Shown here piece by piece: positions 61,016-64,000 of a stretch of DNA of 64,000 nucleotides. Source of the DNA: Klebsiella phage Miami; sequence record MT701590.1; one strand, 5' to 3'. The notes beneath the pieces were generated by a model. That model ran no database searches and was not told the DNA's origin. It was given only the letters and a program-made list of their open reading frames with translations. A program made the position numbers and the translations under genes. Position 1 is the stretch's first letter; every line of letters begins with the position of its first letter.

Positions 61016-61418
61016 TAGAGAAGGGGTTATAAAAATACAAGATTGACCCTGAGAGATTATCCAGAAAAAATCACACAGAGTAAAAATATTAACCGGAATG
61101 ATTTTGAGAAGATTTAATACTCAACCTAGGAATTCGTATCAGTCGGATGAAAAAACGTTTTAGAAATCGATACAGGAATTTTTAGAGGGTATCCCGATCG
61201 AGTTCTCAGGAAAGATTATTCGGAGAATAAAAATATTTTAATCAAGATAATTAATTTTTACGGTAAGTTAGATTTATCGAGACGAGAAGATTTAATCACA
61301 AAGTAATTTCTTACGGAGTAAATAATCTTCTGAACAGGACCGAGATCTCGAATAGCCAGATGGAAATTATCCATCCATTCGAAAGTTAACCTGAATTATC
61401 CCTAAGAGGCGATATCCT

Positions 61419-62153
61419 ATGCAACCAGCTAACCCATGGAAAAACAACAAGCACGTTAAATCACAAGACTCAGCAAGTGTTGATCGTTACGAATCCCTGT
61501 TACAAGAATTACCTGATGCGTTGAATGCAACCCCTCGAGATCCCGGATATCTTATAGCGACTAAAAAGATTTTATTAGTCCTGGAAATGTCTGAAGGAAC
61601 CCGACTGACCGTTCGCAACGTGATGGAAAATCCAGACATGATTCGTAAGGTCCACGAGTTGCTGGTGGAGTTAGGCTGGAAGCAAGCGATTAGCCGAGGG
61701 ACTCAGGTTTTCGTCACTCACCAGGATTTAATTAAACCGAGTATCTACCGCTTAATCGACCTCGACGCTAATGGGATTGGTTACGCTAACGAACTGCTGA
61801 ATAATATTTTATTAGACCGTCGGTTCAGTGCTCGGGTAGACAATAACGATATTCGAATCCTCCCAGGAGACCGCAGCGCAAGTAACCCCTTTAGCCTGCT
61901 GTCGTCTAACGTCGTCAGTGGTTGGCGTAAAGCCATACGGGATTACGACAAAAACGTGACGGGTAATCTTATTGGACACATGACGGTTGTCGGCGAAGAC
62001 AATACGAATATCCCGCTTGATTTAAAACTGGTTTTCGCTCTGCTGGATTACATCGGGTGGCCAGAAATGTATTTTACTGGCGAACAGATTTTATTGAGTA
62101 ACCCCATTGGGGATTATCAGACCCTTGAGGTGAATTTCATCGACCCTGAGTAA
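61419..62153 (+). CDS. hypothetical protein (244 aa)
   Basis: ORF with an agagg SD upstream; preceded by a 400-nt leader containing an imperfect hairpin at 61348-61385. Confidence 0.5.
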   Translation: MQPANPWKNNKHVKSQDSASVDRYESLLQELPDALNATPRDPGYLIATKKILLVLEMSEGTRLTVRNVMENPDMIRKVHELLVELGWKQAISRGTQVFVTHQDLIKPSIYRLIDLDANGIGYANELLNNILLDRRFSARVDNNDIRILPGDRSASNPFSLLSSNVVSGWRKAIRDYDKNVTGNLIGHMTVVGEDNTNIPLDLKLVFALLDYIGWPEMYFTGEQILLSNPIGDYQTLEVNFIDPE

Positions 62154-63143
62154 TTCCTAACGACAGAGTGATGTTATTAGTAAAGATCTTTGGACTCCCT
62201 GTTGATTAACTAGCGACCCAACCTCATCTCTTTGAACCTCCTTACCACGAGCGAGATAGCCAAAGTAGCTAGAGATTTTCAGGGGGTTCAATCCCCATTA
62301 TTCGTTAATCTTATTAGACCCATTGTCCTTAGCCATGTAGCGACGGCCATTCTCCTGTGACAGACAAGTTTTTGTTCAATGGGATAGATTAACGTTTTTC
62401 TTCACGTCGTGTTATCTGATGAGTCTTCGACGCTAAACAAGACGAAACCTAATGAATCTATTTTATTAGGTCATAATTCAACCTAAGCGTTGAACGGGCA
62501 GTTAGGGGCAATGGTCCCCGAGGTCTTCAGCTTCTTCGCCTGCCCGCACTAAAAAAGTTCTTTCATGATTAGGAGTGCCGCACTCTACGAGCGGACAATA
62601 AGCAACCGAAAGTGGGAGAGAAAGAAGCGTGTCTGGTCGCTTGCCGGAAAGTTGGTTCAGGCGGGTTTCTTCCCAACCCAAACGACGCTGCCCAAGATAG
62701 GGCTGCAAGTCGTATTAGCGAATTATACCGGTATGCGGGGTTTCCGCGATAAACCGGGTTAGCTACGGGTAAGAAACCGGCCGGAGTAATCAGCCTTTCG
62801 TATTCGGGTAACGTGAGTTATTGTAGAGATATCTCTGAGGGTTAGGCCAACCCCCGACGTTCTCCGAGTCCGAAGGGAAGCTTGCTCAGCTTCGTAGGAA
62901 CTCCAAAATCTCAGACGGTCACACCTCGCAATCTTACGGCAGTATGATTGCCTATTCGTCCTTTGTCGCTCACCAAGGGGCGAGTAGGAAACCTCTGCCA
63001 CGGCGTTTCGTTTGCCTTTTACCATTGCTTTTGTTATAACCTCTCTGTTTGAGTTGAGTGTTAACTTCCCCAAGAGTATAACCTGTTATCTCTCTCTTCG
63101 TGAGGAGTCGGAGATAATGGGGTAAATTCTTAGGAGGTTCGTT
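62154..63143. ncRNA. ORF-poor, GC-elevated region of about 1 kb; candidate structured non-coding RNA or a decayed gene
   Basis: Only short, Arg-rich, mutually overlapping ORFs in any frame. Local GC is visibly above the flanks. Numerous GC stems and GAAA/GNRA-like loops (e.g. gggcag...ggggcaatggtcccc...ctgccc at 62502-62550; gccggaaag; ccgaaag). Confidence 0.3.
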
Positions 63144-63332
63144 ATGTACACATACCAGTATACCGTGCGATACCGAATACCTAATTCTGTGTTTACGACT
63201 TACAGCGGAGAAATTACTTCTGACTGTTTGCTCACTAACGCTAATCGCATCTTTGACGTTTTGCGCACTGAGGTTCATAAAGCTACTAACGTTAACTCGT
63301 TTAGCATTACGAACTTTAAGCTGAAAGAATAA
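63144..63332 (+). CDS. small hypothetical protein (62 aa)
   Basis: Strong SD: aggaggttcgttATG. Confidence 0.45.
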   Translation: MYTYQYTVRYRIPNSVFTTYSGEITSDCLLTNANRIFDVLRTEVHKATNVNSFSITNFKLKE

Positions 63333-63491
63333 GTCGAGCTACGCGCTCAACCTACCTTAGGGCCGGAAGTAGTTACGACTTAGGGGGAAAGAAGAGTCGT
63401 GCCTTTAAGTACCCCAACCCCATTCGTGTGGTGATCTTTCACATCATCCCATGAATATCGCCACATCATCATTAAAGTTCTACCATGAATT

Positions 63492-63514
63492 TTTATTCCT
63501 TCCAGTAGGGTTCG
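63492..63514 (+). terminator. rho-independent terminator
   Basis: ccagtaggg-ttcg-gccctactgg followed by acttttttcgcgtttttt. Confidence 0.6.
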
Positions 63515-63663
63515 GCCCTACTGGACTTTTTTCGCGTTTTTTAAATCGGCAGTTGTTTAATTATGTCAGAACTAGATTTTTTCAGTTCTAAATTATTACA
63601 ATGTAAAGCAAAAGATAATGCTTTCCATTCCAACTATCATAATTTCTTTTAGGAGCTAGATCA

Positions 63664-64000
63664 ATGAGTACATTACGTGTTTACGCGTGCGGCGGTACTG
63701 GTATTAATATTGCGTCTAAATGGATTGCCACCGGTGCGAATACGCTTATTCGTAAAGCCCAGTTCATTGGACTGGATAGCAGTGAAAACAACAAACCGTA
63801 TAACGACGCCTTTAAGGTCGAACGTCCTGAAGGAACTCGTGGCGGTGGCAAAGAACGTAAGCTGATCGGTAAAATCGCTGCTGGGTTTATTGACAGTATT
63901 TTGACCAAACATAAACCGGGCGATTTCAACCTGATCATCATGAACGCGGCTGGCGCTACCGGGAGTACATTCGGCCCGACTCTGATCAACCGTCTTCTCT
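63664..64000 (+). CDS. phuZ: PhuZ-like phage tubulin, N-terminal 112 aa, truncated by the window end
   Basis: ATG 63664 follows aggagctagatca; frame open to the window end, and not in the ORF table because no stop is reached. MSTLRVYACGGTGINIASKW (tubulin/FtsZ T1 loop, compare PhuZ ...IFAGGTGMNVATK...), PEGTRGGGKERK, and NAAGATGSTFGP (T4 signature-like). Confidence 0.6.
   Translation, partial: MSTLRVYACGGTGINIASKWIATGANTLIRKAQFIGLDSSENNKPYNDAFKVERPEGTRGGGKERKLIGKIAAGFIDSILTKHKPGDFNLIIMNAAGATGSTFGPTLINRLL

Larger units (their letters stand above)
60271..61418. promoter_or_regulatory. unusually long (1.15 kb) divergent intergenic region with hairpins, iteron-like repeats, an AT island and GC palindromes; candidate origin or control region
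   Basis: No credible ORF. Long hairpin 60371-60413. AAATCYAA-type direct repeats at 60700-60780. Near-pure AT island 60815-60970. Flanking palindromes built on GCGTGCG/CGCACGC. Confidence 0.5.

Noticed and set aside
62220-62305. tRNA-like T-arm (gggggTTCAATCcccc) suggesting a tRNA gene
   Set aside because: The T-stem has a mismatch. The putative acceptor 3' strand (tattcgt) has no complementary 5' strand about 70 nt upstream (gaacctc). There is no D-arm GG and no CCA or discriminator context, so it is not a canonical cloverleaf.
62759-63278. Minus-strand ORFs 62759..63073 and 62970..63278 (about 100 aa each)
   Set aside because: They are Arg-rich and low-complexity, overlap each other in different frames, and overlap the well-supported plus-strand small gene 63144..63332. 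I treat the region as non-coding or structured RNA.

Overview
Dense phage coding DNA, about 45% GC, that I read as a phiKZ-like, nucleus-forming jumbo myovirus of an enterobacterial host. All calls come from motifs and gene order read by eye; nothing was searched. Recognisable genes: a 2268-aa virion protein with a C-terminal lytic transglycosylase domain (phiKZ gp181 architecture); a divergent 537-aa RNA polymerase beta-prime N-terminal fragment (DFDGD) followed by a coupled 1418-aa ORF, i.e. a split multisubunit virion RNAP; a KZ144-type endolysin; a 719-aa and 298-aa structural pair that fits tail sheath and tube; a large terminase interrupted by a roughly 350-aa intein with a LAGLIDADG endonuclease in the Walker A loop; thymidine kinase, thymidylate kinase, an HD-domain hydrolase and an SF2 helicase; a plus-strand cluster of eight small early-like genes; and the N-terminus of a PhuZ-like tubulin at the window edge. 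Most remaining ORFs are hypothetical. No convincing tRNA, CRISPR array or transposon was seen. Unexplained structure: (i) a family of at least 7 terminator hairpins sharing the stem CTCCTAC..GTAGGAG, plus other strong terminators; (ii) a 1.15-kb intergenic region (60271-61418) with iteron-like repeats, an almost pure AT island of about 155 bp and flanking alternating-GC palindromes, which looks like an origin; (iii) an ORF-poor, GC-elevated region of about 1 kb (62154-63143) that may encode a structured RNA.
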